Assembly (NCBI GenBank): GCA_041687695.1
Contig: JAWLBL010000002.1
Span: 198,761-262,760 of the forward strand
Source of the DNA: Myxococcota bacterium
GTDB lineage: Bacteria; Myxococcota_A; UBA9042; PHBI01; JAWLBL01
DNA: 64,000 nucleotides
Direction: 5' to 3'
Made by a program: the position numbers and the translations under genes. The notes under the pieces are model-generated. The model saw only the letters and a program-made list of their open reading frames with translations. It ran no database searches and was not told where the DNA came from. Positions 12,301 to 23,555 of the stretch are shown here, one piece after another (the first letter of the stretch is position 1; each line of letters opens with the position of its first letter).

Positions 12301-13671
12301 AGCAAGGACGCCGCCGGAAACATCCGCGCCTTCCTGTGGTCCGCCGAGCGCGGCTTCGAGGACCTGGGCAGCCTGGGGGGCAACACCAGCACGCCCTTCG
12401 GCCTCACCGCGGCCGGCCAGGTCTACGGACGGGCGGGCGCCAAGGCCGGGGTGACGCGCGGCTTCGTCTCGTCGGTCCCGACCTCGGCCTGCATCTACTG
12501 CCCCGAGGACACCACGCCGCCGACCCTGGTGTGCCCGACCCTGTCGGGCGCGCTCGAGTGCGTGGCGGGCGGCGCCAGCGCGACCCTGCCCGCGCCGACC
12601 ACCTGGGACGCCTGCGGCCAGCCGGTCGAGGTCGGCGTCGGCGCGCCCGAGACCTACCCGGTCGGGGCGACCCCGGTCGTGTTCACGGCGACCGACAGCG
12701 AGGGCAACGCCACCAGCTGCACGACGACCGTCCTGGTCGCCGACACGCTGCCGCCGACCCTGACCTGCCCGGCGCCGGCGATGGTCGAGCCCGACGACGC
12801 CTGCGGCGGCACGGCCGTCGACGTCTTCGCCACCGCCGACGACCTGTGCGACGGCACCTCGGTGACCCTGTTCAGCGACGCGCCGGCCTTGTTCCCGGTG
12901 GGCGAGACGACGGTGACCTTCACGGCGGTGGACGCCGCCGGCCACCTGGCCACCTGCCAGACCAAGGTCATCGTGCAGGCGCAGCCTCAGCTGACCCTGA
13001 CCTGCGAGCCCGAGCTCGCGCTCGAGGCCCCGGCCGACGCCTGCGGCGTGGTCGAGACGCTCTCGGCGCAGCTCACCGACGGCTGCACCGGCGTCATGGA
13101 GACCTTCGTCGAGACCAAGGCCTACCCGGTCGGCACCTCGACGGTCTCCTTCGACGCCGAGGGCTCGGACGGCGCGACCGCCACCTGCGCGACCCAGGTC
13201 GTGGTCGCCGACGTCACCCCCCCGGTGGCGGCCTGCAACCACGAGGTCAGCGTGTCGCTGACGGCGGCCCAGCCCAGCCGGACCTTCCTCGCCACGGCGA
13301 CCGACGCCTGCACGGCCACGGTCGAGGTGAAGGACCTGTCCTGCACCACGGTCGACGCCAACGGCGACGAGGTCGCGGTCGAGGACTGCGCGTCCGTCGA
13401 CGGCGCGGCCGTGACCCTCGCGCCGCGCGGCGTCGAGGGCGCGACCGTGCGCTGGACGGTCGTGGCGACCGACCCCTCGGGCAACCCGCACGAGGCCGTG
13501 TGCGAGACCACGGTCACGGCCGAGCCCGAGCCCGCCCCGCTCGACGACGCCATCCGCGCCATGGGCGGCGGCGGCTGCGACGCGGGCGGCTCCAGCCGGC
13601 CCCTGGCGGCCCTGCTCGGCGCCCTGGCGGCCCTGGCCTTCCTGGCCCTGCGCCGCCGCGCGCGTTCGTAG
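334..13671 (+). CDS. Giant (4445 aa) cell-surface protein: signal peptide, many DUF11-type Ig repeats, propeller-like insert, Cys-rich CDDG repeats, HAF repeats, HYR-like domains, MYXO-CTERM anchor
   Basis: Signal peptide MFARRLQL...ATASA; repeated [K/D]...G[DE]x[VI]xYTLxxxNxG...V.DxxPAG units; CDDGDxCTxxDxC repeats (~10560-11290); HAF/RAF repeats with DLGSLGG (~11310-12480); DTTPPTLxCP...YPVGxTxVxFTATD HYR-like units; C-terminal GGGGCDAGG-hydrophobic-RRRARS. Confidence 0.9.
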   Translation: MFARRLQLCAAVALAAGFALPATASAAPLVDHDAGIWFDTYGDNTGIDTNGGQTTGVKLDPFGQLVTLAPGFDAGQLATSVVEPSSFSAWRTIDLSFTASATADLEVWVQDADTGTTTGPLPLGPPADPSFDASADLSGLGTSVQRVRVLVKLARTGALAPTLQDLRVTWQPESVLQIAKEAPASACAADTVTAKLKVSVSYVEASNLVVWEALPTPSANPFGQAAPLTFVSATSGGLFNAGGPLVIGDVTVPAGAVYWVLGDRPSGQTFALSYTVRSQMGTFDQTVFSGAAHAQADNAAQVASATVGTTITSQPQPFLFRATTGTYRLFGKDHTEAGDVVGFTLSGGNYNVWPGTCGETYFQAVLVEDVSGLVDPAATDPAFSGGAAFDTPPGLHAITGGGVYTATATTVNGVAVPAHSIYWDLGHLAVGAKFNVGYAVDLKAGQPDGPLYDGQSLHTSATLASGHAPEQVVRPQEIVIGVPDDPSGAFAKGDKIRGVASVSAGNDNAFMTIGYGDTLPWLLRTANTGASALNDVLMVDKIPAGTRFVSAFLPTSAAGTVHYHTGGAANDDQTPPDLDAATGVLGAGWTTTPPADASTVTWVAFRVPTLASPYFPDGVTPSDVVAELTTQVLPPADGCPETTLTNRGLFFAYAYTPFGETTPEAIAGGPITTSEVEPVVVVPTVPSFASTHIVASPSTVVAGQSVTHTLSIPNARPTGGPVDQATQVEATIPMPTLQVNGASQPLSPTNVTAPGGQIDLTGLPGALVVRWPSIAPNQTRTVTFDLAVPKGVIDGTTFTTSATVVGHDDVCGVVTGSAARQVKVQATPYLAVTKQVDLSLAGPGQDINYTLGYRNSGNAPSTRTWIVDRVPSTVAFHSAEIPANGAQVWFSDDTPPFDAANPTTAGLPDALIPGFAFSDAVIQAHFVQGSVSNGRVVSPYGAATTWIAWLVDDPALTPPQLVTDQLQQVRFRVTTLEVAQGTVATNEAAILSKELLQSVGNQARTVISPEPSLVIAVDSPDVVGAGEPFQYVLTYVNDSSNPDTSVVISLTLPDGVFYAGTSTHTLNAAAQAEHGGNVPMTPTVSNGGQTLTWIVTDALGGPLGQLEGGAFVVDVAVEAGTPSGTFVTAVAQGNATNDVGAVEVYASTTTLVENPDLGLDLLVDDAAPRAGETVTFTVSLVNGGANRAQGVSLTAQLPAGLTYVPGTTQLATPGWGLVPASEPTVSGGTLTWSLAAGNALTRPPSAPGVFPGATGPVLLVIKATVGASVAPGTTLQTCATVAATTAEEGLLPNDDCVDVRTPLPDVYVTKAAPATAKPGDKIALTLTYGNHNNEHAAGVVLIDRLADGPVPAGDGAVDVRYVSHVVGAGEVAWFSSAPPTGALPAFDAADPAADGWSQSPGALGGPVTHVAFVVGALPAYAPPRTIVVEVELVDPATGLPPQPGSAFEGCATISATTQDDDPSNHEACATTQTPGIDLSLSALCEPPGAEPGLLPGQIWRVTLAYANTGTTTAYGVRLGAELPATAELVALEGDVVALVDAAGQQVGPVDVAGQRLQGVVPVTFDGDGWVLGALDEASPLYYRKIGLRSGDRGQLVLTLKVGEAVASGAQLVGAGAVATDYRFDWVPGDPVEEVTANNQGSCGTTVWRADPFLVKHARVTGDAQASSVGAGERIDYRLEYGNAGQFVAAGTVIEDTLPAGTAYVVGSLTNVPEGATVEFAGAAGYGYQPVGASGTPDPEVKALRIVWQDALPAPANAIFTQDSALDFQAGVHDGTAASVAYDAAIATGAPSGALPTYTTEVIPGEGEGQILAWQKLVMQTVVPATADPMASGKFTVTVLDAATGEPIEGYVDLAPDKSGAIDLSDLDPQAVPAIRLRATFPAVGGLICQAELLQTPIAPKGLPMPLPALVQAVNGAGDLAGLTVLEGNVITPAVWTKSGDGWVTSVIETGYEQASANFINAEGTVLGYVLGGGPAVWHVWTPDAAAPGGWAAATLDFPGATSVNAQALLDGDIIIGTAYVGGDSATAWVPAADGSGEWTPTALDSGSGLNNKLLVGWNPQGDALVTEYTTWSDRTTWAFHRDGDQYTAHQVTGATNAIDISPARTVIANAGNAAPRAFKWDGQAYTELALEVPAGATFLSLQSISDTEVIVGTGSVGGANRSVLYLPQGDGWELVELGAPGPSFTIEHVDAQGLAYGYYYDVNWVPFSGVWMPDAGAPSGYTFVALPDSDALNYRMYDVVGGTSVVAGVTNGVNGNGLELWRADAASGTIAGPVVVADGARVQTTALRDGVAYGIVQTSVTESETYAWSLQADGSLTETAIPDLGDVYEFPVQPSFGTSSGVVVGTAQTLFSSEVGVVLTADPGAEGGWAMQILPSLGGDYLTPLHLTRSGLILAVGTDAVGSNEYGVLVPDATQPSGYRMVPLTANEEAFFAIDHLSESGILVGFGYDAVGQQQYHAWVPNAALTEWVRVPFPAGYGFMQLADSGAIWTKGLDGFAALLPHTGGMEVVYASDLMGEGANFYFSAQVGIAVVRRVLADGTAEQAVYYGNPSRDPSVAELQLPAPAGPTTKFVGANSHGALLGLTPVGGDQLEFGLWIPTDASLAEYTYVPVLTAPDGAVLVQHVGDSYTLAGFAEIDGVKVAVAWLPDDPKHPTSWIMSVVPLAPNSFGATVTAVGETGYLIGTANYKGYNQPTLWVPDASDPSGWASMPYPLSPNQLTGNAILAMASEEAGYHFAGCDVKPSARLDAWRVSYRTDRNPSVAFQAEVLDLCQATITNTADIVTTTPEVTSDNNVGAATLPVRTSDLSVAVTADKSIVAEGETVALTVTWANAGPSAARDARVALALPTGFQLASASPMPVTGTDGRLTWVLGDLPAAQGGQAQLTLVESGAAPDEPLAVVAEALTSSIDCKVGNDTVAQTLVKGAWPNLAVTLTGPATLRVGEAAEFTATLVNDGNAVAEDVVHELVLPAGFTLQALDPAADGQSGQTLTWNVGDLQPGAGGTVTFSLLATDCDAVGAKADILASATTSSTETNVVDNGAVKTAILLEPLGALSAQAFANRATAEAGDEVIYTMLVTNTGAASVAAATATAAIPAHATYVPGSASAGGVLGGGEVAWTLGTLEPGAVAALTWRVVATGEGDLQGLVGAAGEGACPVEAPLEGTQLTGPGVHLVKSAQVPSLCPSAGGAVTWTLTLANTAATAASDVVVTDQVPAGMAYVPGSVFGAGASAASAPSLVWNVGTLAPGAGLTLGYQATVAGGAGKVLTNQAQIAVGDAKWASSTAAVLNDCTRVLTLAKAWTAACVQPGELVTVTLQARNGGTSPLTGVSVTDQVPAGMAFVSASGEHVHDPESDAVTFTVPSLAGGQTATLTLTLQATAGAGEVTANRASATAKGLQPVVSNQVAGVALVCDDGNACTVDTCSPTLGCVFKPAQDGTACDDGDACTLADSCQAGACVGAEPVVCEALDQCHTAGVCDPATGVCSNPAVEDGVACDDGDLCTVGEACWAGECGQSEPVECVASDDCHEVVGCDAQTGECLEKARDDGASCDDGDLCTTVDACSSGVCVGQAPVECVAASACHVPGTCDPETGMCDDPAAPAGTACDDGDLCTTVDTCDGEGACVGVEPVVCEALDPCHLAGTCNPATGVCDNPVAPGDSPVALTLTDVGSLGGSDGAITAANDAGQFVGWATTAEGDEHAALWTEDGGLVDLHAELDLGDGDSRAIGVGEGGHVLLALAIEGGAKLLLRAPDGAATELWAVANLAPTVFGPNEGGLVAGAGIDGLFVGDVAGAQAIELPEGATAATLVGLNDQDQVAGSFSEDGSVQTFIWTVDGGVLFAPTQAGEDAEAVGLNGAGQVAGTWSDATTAKLFVWTPGGDFTLLEGPESPYALGIGEGGHVIGGYYDGVTGGGIVWAPGDAEVTDLGSLGGGELTPVAVNAQGHVVGYAETAWGAVHAFGWSASSGLEGLGALGGDLSRAFAINDAGHALGHSKDAAGNIRAFLWSAERGFEDLGSLGGNTSTPFGLTAAGQVYGRAGAKAGVTRGFVSSVPTSACIYCPEDTTPPTLVCPTLSGALECVAGGASATLPAPTTWDACGQPVEVGVGAPETYPVGATPVVFTATDSEGNATSCTTTVLVADTLPPTLTCPAPAMVEPDDACGGTAVDVFATADDLCDGTSVTLFSDAPALFPVGETTVTFTAVDAAGHLATCQTKVIVQAQPQLTLTCEPELALEAPADACGVVETLSAQLTDGCTGVMETFVETKAYPVGTSTVSFDAEGSDGATATCATQVVVADVTPPVAACNHEVSVSLTAAQPSRTFLATATDACTATVEVKDLSCTTVDANGDEVAVEDCASVDGAAVTLAPRGVEGATVRWTVVATDPSGNPHEAVCETTVTAEPEPAPLDDAIRAMGGGGCDAGGSSRPLAALLGALAALAFLALRRRARS

Positions 13672-13682
13672 CGACGACCCGC

Positions 13683-13761
13683 CGGACCCCCTTGGGGGGT
13701 GGTGCCAGACCACCCCCGAGGGGGTCCGACCCCCTTGGGGGGTGGTCTGACACCACCCCCG
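13683..13761. repeat. Two REP-like palindromic units (43-bp period); likely also the terminator of the giant gene
   Basis: GACCCCCTTGGGGGGTGGT(GCCAGA/CTGACA)CCACCCCCG at 13685 and 13728; outer stem CGGACCCCCT...AGGGGGTCCG. Confidence 0.7.
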
Positions 13762-13813
13762 CAGCTTCGCTGGCTCGCCTCAGGCGGCTCGAGACCCGCT
13801 CCCGAGCTCCGCT

Positions 13814-13985
13814 GGCCCATCCGGGGCGGTGCGCACCCACCCCTTGCGCCTCGCGCGGCCCACCTGGGGCGGTGCGCACCCACCCCTTGCGCCTCGCGCG
13901 GCCCACCTGGGGCGGTGCGCACCCACCCCTTGCGCCTCGCGCGGCCCATCCGGGGCGGTGCGCACCCACCCCTTGTGCCTCGCGC
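13814..13985. repeat. Tandem repeat, 4 x 43 bp, with internal palindrome GGTGCGCACC
   Basis: Units start at 13814, 13857, 13900 and 13943: GGCCCA(TCC/CCT)GGGGCGGTGCGCACCCACCCCTTG(C/T)GCCTCGCGC. Confidence 0.95.
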
Positions 13986-14054
13986 CGGCGCTATGGACCG
14001 CGCCGGCCATGCCGGCGCTATGGACCGCGCCGACCATGCCGGCGCTATGGACCG
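13984..14054. repeat. Tandem repeat, ~2.6 x 27 bp
   Basis: GCCGGCGCTATGGACCGCGCCG(G/A)CCAT at 13984, 14011 and 14038 (partial). Confidence 0.9.
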
Positions 14055-14155
14055 ACCTCGCGATGGCCCTCAGCCCGCGTCGCTCGCCCTTTCCCAGACC
14101 CGTCGGCCCCGCTACCCTGCCGAGCCCACCTCCTCCCGGCGCCCGGAGCCCCACG

Positions 14156-14755
14156 ATGGCCGACTCGACCGCCCTGCTCGACCGCCCTCCCTTCGTCACC
14201 TCGGCCTCGGTCGGTGACCCCAGCCGCTTCGTCCCCTTCGACGCGTTGGTCGACGCGCTGAGGACGCGCCCGGCCCCGCCGACCACCCACGGCACCCTGG
14301 CGGCCCTGGTCCGCCGCGCCGGCGAGGACGGCCGCCGCGAGTACCCGCAGCGCTCCCTGCTCACGCCCGAGGACGGCCTGCCGGGCGACAAGTGGGGGCG
14401 CGGCAAGCGCAAGCTCGACGCCCAGCTCACCGTGATGGACCACGGCGTCGCGACCCTCATCGCCAACGGCCAGCCGCTGGGCCTGTTCGGCGACCAGCTC
14501 TACCTCGACCTCGATCTGTCGCGCGCCAACCTGCCGCACGGCAGCCGCGTCCGCATCGGCGCGGCCGAGCTGGTCGTGACCCCCGAGCCCCACGACGGCT
14601 GCCGCAAGTTCCTCGACCGCTTCGGCAAGGACGCCCTGCGCTTCACCGCCAGCCCCGACCTGCGCCCCCTCAACCTGCGCGGCATCCACCTGCGGGTCGC
14701 CCGCGCCGGCGAGGTGGCCCTCGGCGACCCGGTCGAGGTCCTCTCGCGCGGCTGA
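14156..14755 (+). CDS. MOSC domain-containing protein
   Basis: GGAG RBS before ATG 14156; GDQLYLDLDLS...GSRVRIG...VTPEPHDGCRKF...LRGIHLRV...GEVALGDPV with the conserved MOSC Cys. Confidence 0.85.
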   Translation: MADSTALLDRPPFVTSASVGDPSRFVPFDALVDALRTRPAPPTTHGTLAALVRRAGEDGRREYPQRSLLTPEDGLPGDKWGRGKRKLDAQLTVMDHGVATLIANGQPLGLFGDQLYLDLDLSRANLPHGSRVRIGAAELVVTPEPHDGCRKFLDRFGKDALRFTASPDLRPLNLRGIHLRVARAGEVALGDPVEVLSRG

Positions 14756-14770
14756 GGGACCGCCGGGCCG

Positions 14771-20074
<5,304 letters not shown>

Positions 20075-20166
20075 GATGTGCGAAGGTAGAGGGCCCCCCC
20101 TCGGAAAGCAACCAGACCCCACCGACGATGGGCACGATGGGCGCGCGATGGATGACAAACGCGGGC

Positions 20167-20182
20167 TGGCATCGCGCTTGCT
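20167..20182 (+). promoter_or_regulatory. Sigma54 (-24/-12) promoter
   Basis: TGGCATCGCGCTTGCT: GG-N10-GC with TTGC, ~50 bp upstream of the 20232 CDS and divergent from a bEBP gene. Confidence 0.7.
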
Positions 20183-20231
20183 TCGAACCCCGCCGCAGGG
20201 ACTAGACTCCTGTCCGACGACCCCGAGGTGA

Positions 20232-20849
20232 GTGGTGCGAGCGACGTTCGGAACCTTCGGCAAGCGCGTAGTCAGGCTGGCGGCCTCCACCGCCCGCGTC
20301 GGTGCCCTCGTGGGTGCGCTGGCCTTCGGCGCCGGCGGGCTGGGCGCCTGCGTCGAGATCGAAAACCCCGAGGACCCCGGCGACGCAGGGGACGCGAGCG
20401 GCGCCGGCGACTCGGCGGGGTCGGACGCGCCCGCCTCGCCCGACGTCCGCGCCGCCGACGAGGCCACCGCGGGCCCCGAGGGCGCCGACCTGACGCTGCT
20501 CGGCGGCGAGGTGCGCCTGACCATCCCCGCCGGCGCCTTCGACCAGACCGTCGATCTCCAGGTCACGCGCGACCTCGTGACGGTCGGCGACCGCACCGAG
20601 CTGCTCGGCTACATCTGGGGCCCCCACGGGCTGCCCATCGAGCCGCCGGCGCGCCTCACGGTGACCCTGGCCCTCGAGCGCTGGCCCAGCGACGCCGGCG
20701 ACCCCTCGTCCGCGCGCCTGTACCGGGAGCGCGACGGGCAGCTCGAGCCGCTCACCGGCGCCGCCGTCACCGTCGACGCCGTCCGGGTCGTGGTCTCCGG
20801 AGATCTCCCGGTGCTCGGCACCGTGGTCGTCAGCGCCGACGTGCCCTGA
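20232..20849 (+). CDS. Lipoprotein with ZU5-like beta domain
   Basis: Lipobox LGAC after a hydrophobic stretch; GPEGADLTL...LTIPAGAF...GPHGLPIEPPARLTV resembles bacterial ZU5-like domains. Confidence 0.65.
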   Translation: MVRATFGTFGKRVVRLAASTARVGALVGALAFGAGGLGACVEIENPEDPGDAGDASGAGDSAGSDAPASPDVRAADEATAGPEGADLTLLGGEVRLTIPAGAFDQTVDLQVTRDLVTVGDRTELLGYIWGPHGLPIEPPARLTVTLALERWPSDAGDPSSARLYRERDGQLEPLTGAAVTVDAVRVVVSGDLPVLGTVVVSADVP

Positions 20850-21246
20850 CGACCCACTCGGGCCAAGTGTCCGAACCCTTTGGAGATCCCGCCGCGCAAG
20901 CTTCGGGTCGGTTGCCGCTTGTCCGGCCCGGAGCGCGGCCCTACTGCTTGGCTAACCCCACGGATCGTCAACAGGTTTCGACGCCGCAGGCCATCACGGC
21001 CTCCGCGGCTTTCGAGATCTCCCTTCCAGACGTCCCGGGGCCTCGGCGTCCCACGCCGTCACGCGCCTGACTCCCAGGCAGCACTCCCAAACAGCCAAGC
21101 ACCGGCCCGTCCGGCGCCTCCCCACCGATCGCAACGACCGCCTCGACGCCCCCGCCCGGCCAAGCCGCCGCGCGCCGCCGACACGGTCTCGGTGTGTCCG
21201 CCGCGGGCCGCGTTCCCGCACCCGGATTCCTCGAACGAGCACTTCG

Positions 21247-22449
21247 ATGAACCTCCGCAAGCTCTCCCGCCTCGTCGCCTTCGGCGCCCTCGCTTCCCTC
21301 GGCGCCACCGGCTGCGCCAACGAAGTCACCGACGCCCCCTCGACCACCGGCTCGTCCAGCCTCGCCCTGGCCGTCGCGCTCGACGCAGACAGCGACGTCG
21401 CCGGCTTCCGCTTCGACGTCCACCAGGTCTCCTGCGACGGCGAGCGCGTCGTCGAGCCGCTCGCCCTGCAGGTCGAGGGCGATCTGCACGACTTCGGCTT
21501 CCCGGGCGTCGTCCCCGGCCTGGAGCACCTGGCCGGCCACGCCTTCGCCGACCACTACTTCACCCTGCCCGCCGGCTGCTACGACGTGTCGGTCTCGCCC
21601 ATCGGCGACGACGACTGCAGCGCGGCCGTCCAGCGGGGCGTGCGCGTCCACGACGGCCAGACCACCGAGATCCTGCTCGTGAGCCAGTGCGCCGGTGAGG
21701 CGGTCGGCGGCCTCGACGTCATCGCCGGCGTCAACACGGCCCCGACCCTGGTCTCGCTCGAGTTCCAGCCCTCGAAGTTCGTCCAGGCCTGCACCGAGGC
21801 CACCGTCTGCGCGACCGCCATCGACCCGGACGGCGACGACCTCGCCTTCACCTGGGAGCTGCTCGGCGACGCCGCCCTGACCGACGACCTCGAGGTAGTC
21901 AGCCACGACGCCGACGGCGACGCGGTCACCGAGTGCGTCACCCTGACGCCGGCCGAGGCGGCCGCCCTCGAGCTGCGCGTGACCGTCTACGACCTCGACG
22001 GCGACGGCGGCCGCTTCGAGGACGCGCTCGGCGTCGACTCGCGTGACGACCTGGTCTTCCCGATCTACGCCGCCGAGAACCCGGACGGCGAGTGCGACAT
22101 CGTCCTGCCGCCGGGCGAGGACTGCGTCCCGCCGCACAACGCCATGCTGCGCCGCGCCGGCTCCGCCATCGACGGCAACTGCGCGACCATCGTCATCCCC
22201 GAGGGCGTCTGCCCGGCGCAGATCTCGCTGTGGAGCTTCGGCCTGCCCAGCGGCCACGTGCTGCCCTACGAGGAGCAGTTCCTGTTCGACACGGCCACCG
22301 GCTTCTTCGGCCCCGGCACCCACGAGCTGTGCGTCGAGGTCCCCGACTGCGCCTTCCAGATCGATCTCTTCTTCGGCTTGCAGCTGCAGACCAACCGCAT
22401 CATCGACGCCGACGTCTTCCAGGGCGGCGCCTGCGGCTTCCCGGAGTGA
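21247..22449 (+). CDS. Cys-containing hypothetical lipoprotein
   Basis: Signal peptide with lipobox ATGC; strong GC3 codon bias; several paired Cys; Ig-like NTAPT...ATAIDPDGDDLAFTW segment. Confidence 0.75.
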   Translation: MNLRKLSRLVAFGALASLGATGCANEVTDAPSTTGSSSLALAVALDADSDVAGFRFDVHQVSCDGERVVEPLALQVEGDLHDFGFPGVVPGLEHLAGHAFADHYFTLPAGCYDVSVSPIGDDDCSAAVQRGVRVHDGQTTEILLVSQCAGEAVGGLDVIAGVNTAPTLVSLEFQPSKFVQACTEATVCATAIDPDGDDLAFTWELLGDAALTDDLEVVSHDADGDAVTECVTLTPAEAAALELRVTVYDLDGDGGRFEDALGVDSRDDLVFPIYAAENPDGECDIVLPPGEDCVPPHNAMLRRAGSAIDGNCATIVIPEGVCPAQISLWSFGLPSGHVLPYEEQFLFDTATGFFGPGTHELCVEVPDCAFQIDLFFGLQLQTNRIIDADVFQGGACGFPE

Positions 22450-22494
22450 CGCCTGATCGCGCCTGACCCCTCGGCCCCGCGCCGAGCCGGGCTC

Positions 22495-22531
22495 GAGGGC
22501 GGGGCCCGGTCCAGCACCGGGTCCCGCCCTC
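22495..22531. terminator. Hairpin between convergent genes
   Basis: GAGGGCGGGGCCCGGT-CCAGC-ACCGGGTCCCGCCCTC: 16-bp stem with one G-T pair. Confidence 0.65.
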
Positions 22532-22559
22532 CGCTTTCGTCGTCCGCGCCGCCGTCGCC

Positions 22560-23555
22560 TCACCCGCGGCCGTACACCCGGTCCACCGCGTGCGCCACGT
22601 CCACCAGACGCGCCGCCTCCTCGTCGAAGCCGGGGCGCTCGCCCAGCGTCCGCGCCCACGCCACGATGGCCCGCCCGCCCCAGCGGTCCGGCGGCGCGGC
22701 CAGCTGCTCGCAGGCGGTCCCCCGGAAGCGCTCGGCCACGAAGTCGTAGAACGAGCCGTCGACGTTGCGCAGGCAGGCCCCGCCGTCGGTGCCGTAGACG
22801 TGGGCCGAGATCAACGCGTCCGCGCCCGCCTGCAGCCGCCAAGAGCAGGCCAGCCTGACGACGGCCCCGCTCTCGAGCGTCAGCGTCGCCACGGCGTAGT
22901 CCTCGATGGCCTCGTCCTCGGGCGCCAGCGGCCGGCCCGCCGCGTACAGCTGGCTGTGGACCGACGTCACCGCCGGGAAGTCCATCACCCACAGCGCCGC
23001 GTCGACCAGGTGGATGCCCAGATCGATGACGCAGCCGCCGCCCGATCGGGCCCGATCGTAGAACCAGTCCTTGTCGGGCCCGTAGGCGTTGTGGAAGACG
23101 ACGTCCAGCGCGAACACGCGCCCCAGCTCGCCCGCGCGGACCATGCGGCGCACGGCGCGCAGCCCCTCGGTGTGGCGGTACGAGAAGTCGACCCCCAGCA
23201 GACGGTCGGCGCGCCGCGCGGCGTCCACGATCGCTTGCGTCTCCGGGGCGTTGCGGCCCAGGGGCTTTTGGCAGAACACGGCGAAGCCCCGCTCGAGCGC
23301 GGCGGTCGCTTGCTCGGCGTGCATGGCGCTGGGCGTGGCGATGACCACGCCGTCCAGATCCAGCGCCAGCAGCTCATCCAGGGACGCACCGACCTTGGCG
23401 CCAGGCACCAGCTCGCGCGCCCGCGCCAGCGCCTCGGGGTGCGGGTCGGCCACGGCCGCGACGGTCGCCACGCCGTGCTCGAGGACCGCCTGCATCCGGT
23501 TGGCGCCGATCCAGCCCAACCCCAAAAAGCCCAGCCTGGGCAACCGCTCGCTCAT
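22560..23555 (-). CDS. Gfo/Idh/MocA family oxidoreductase
   Basis: LGFLGLGWIG, IATPSAMH, VFCQKPL, GGGCVIDLGIHLVD; start overlaps the upstream stop (ATGA). Confidence 0.9.
   Translation of the reverse strand: MSERLPRLGFLGLGWIGANRMQAVLEHGVATVAAVADPHPEALARARELVPGAKVGASLDELLALDLDGVVIATPSAMHAEQATAALERGFAVFCQKPLGRNAPETQAIVDAARRADRLLGVDFSYRHTEGLRAVRRMVRAGELGRVFALDVVFHNAYGPDKDWFYDRARSGGGCVIDLGIHLVDAALWVMDFPAVTSVHSQLYAAGRPLAPEDEAIEDYAVATLTLESGAVVRLACSWRLQAGADALISAHVYGTDGGACLRNVDGSFYDFVAERFRGTACEQLAAPPDRWGGRAIVAWARTLGERPGFDEEAARLVDVAHAVDRVYGRG

Noticed and set aside
307..13713. 4468-aa antisense ORF mirroring the giant gene, and similar long shadow ORFs throughout the window
   Set aside because: Expected artefact of extreme GC3 bias (few stops in antisense and alternative frames); Gly/Arg/Ala-rich with no motifs
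13683..14054. Possible CRISPR array
   Set aside because: Units are head-to-tail with no unique spacers, and there are no cas genes
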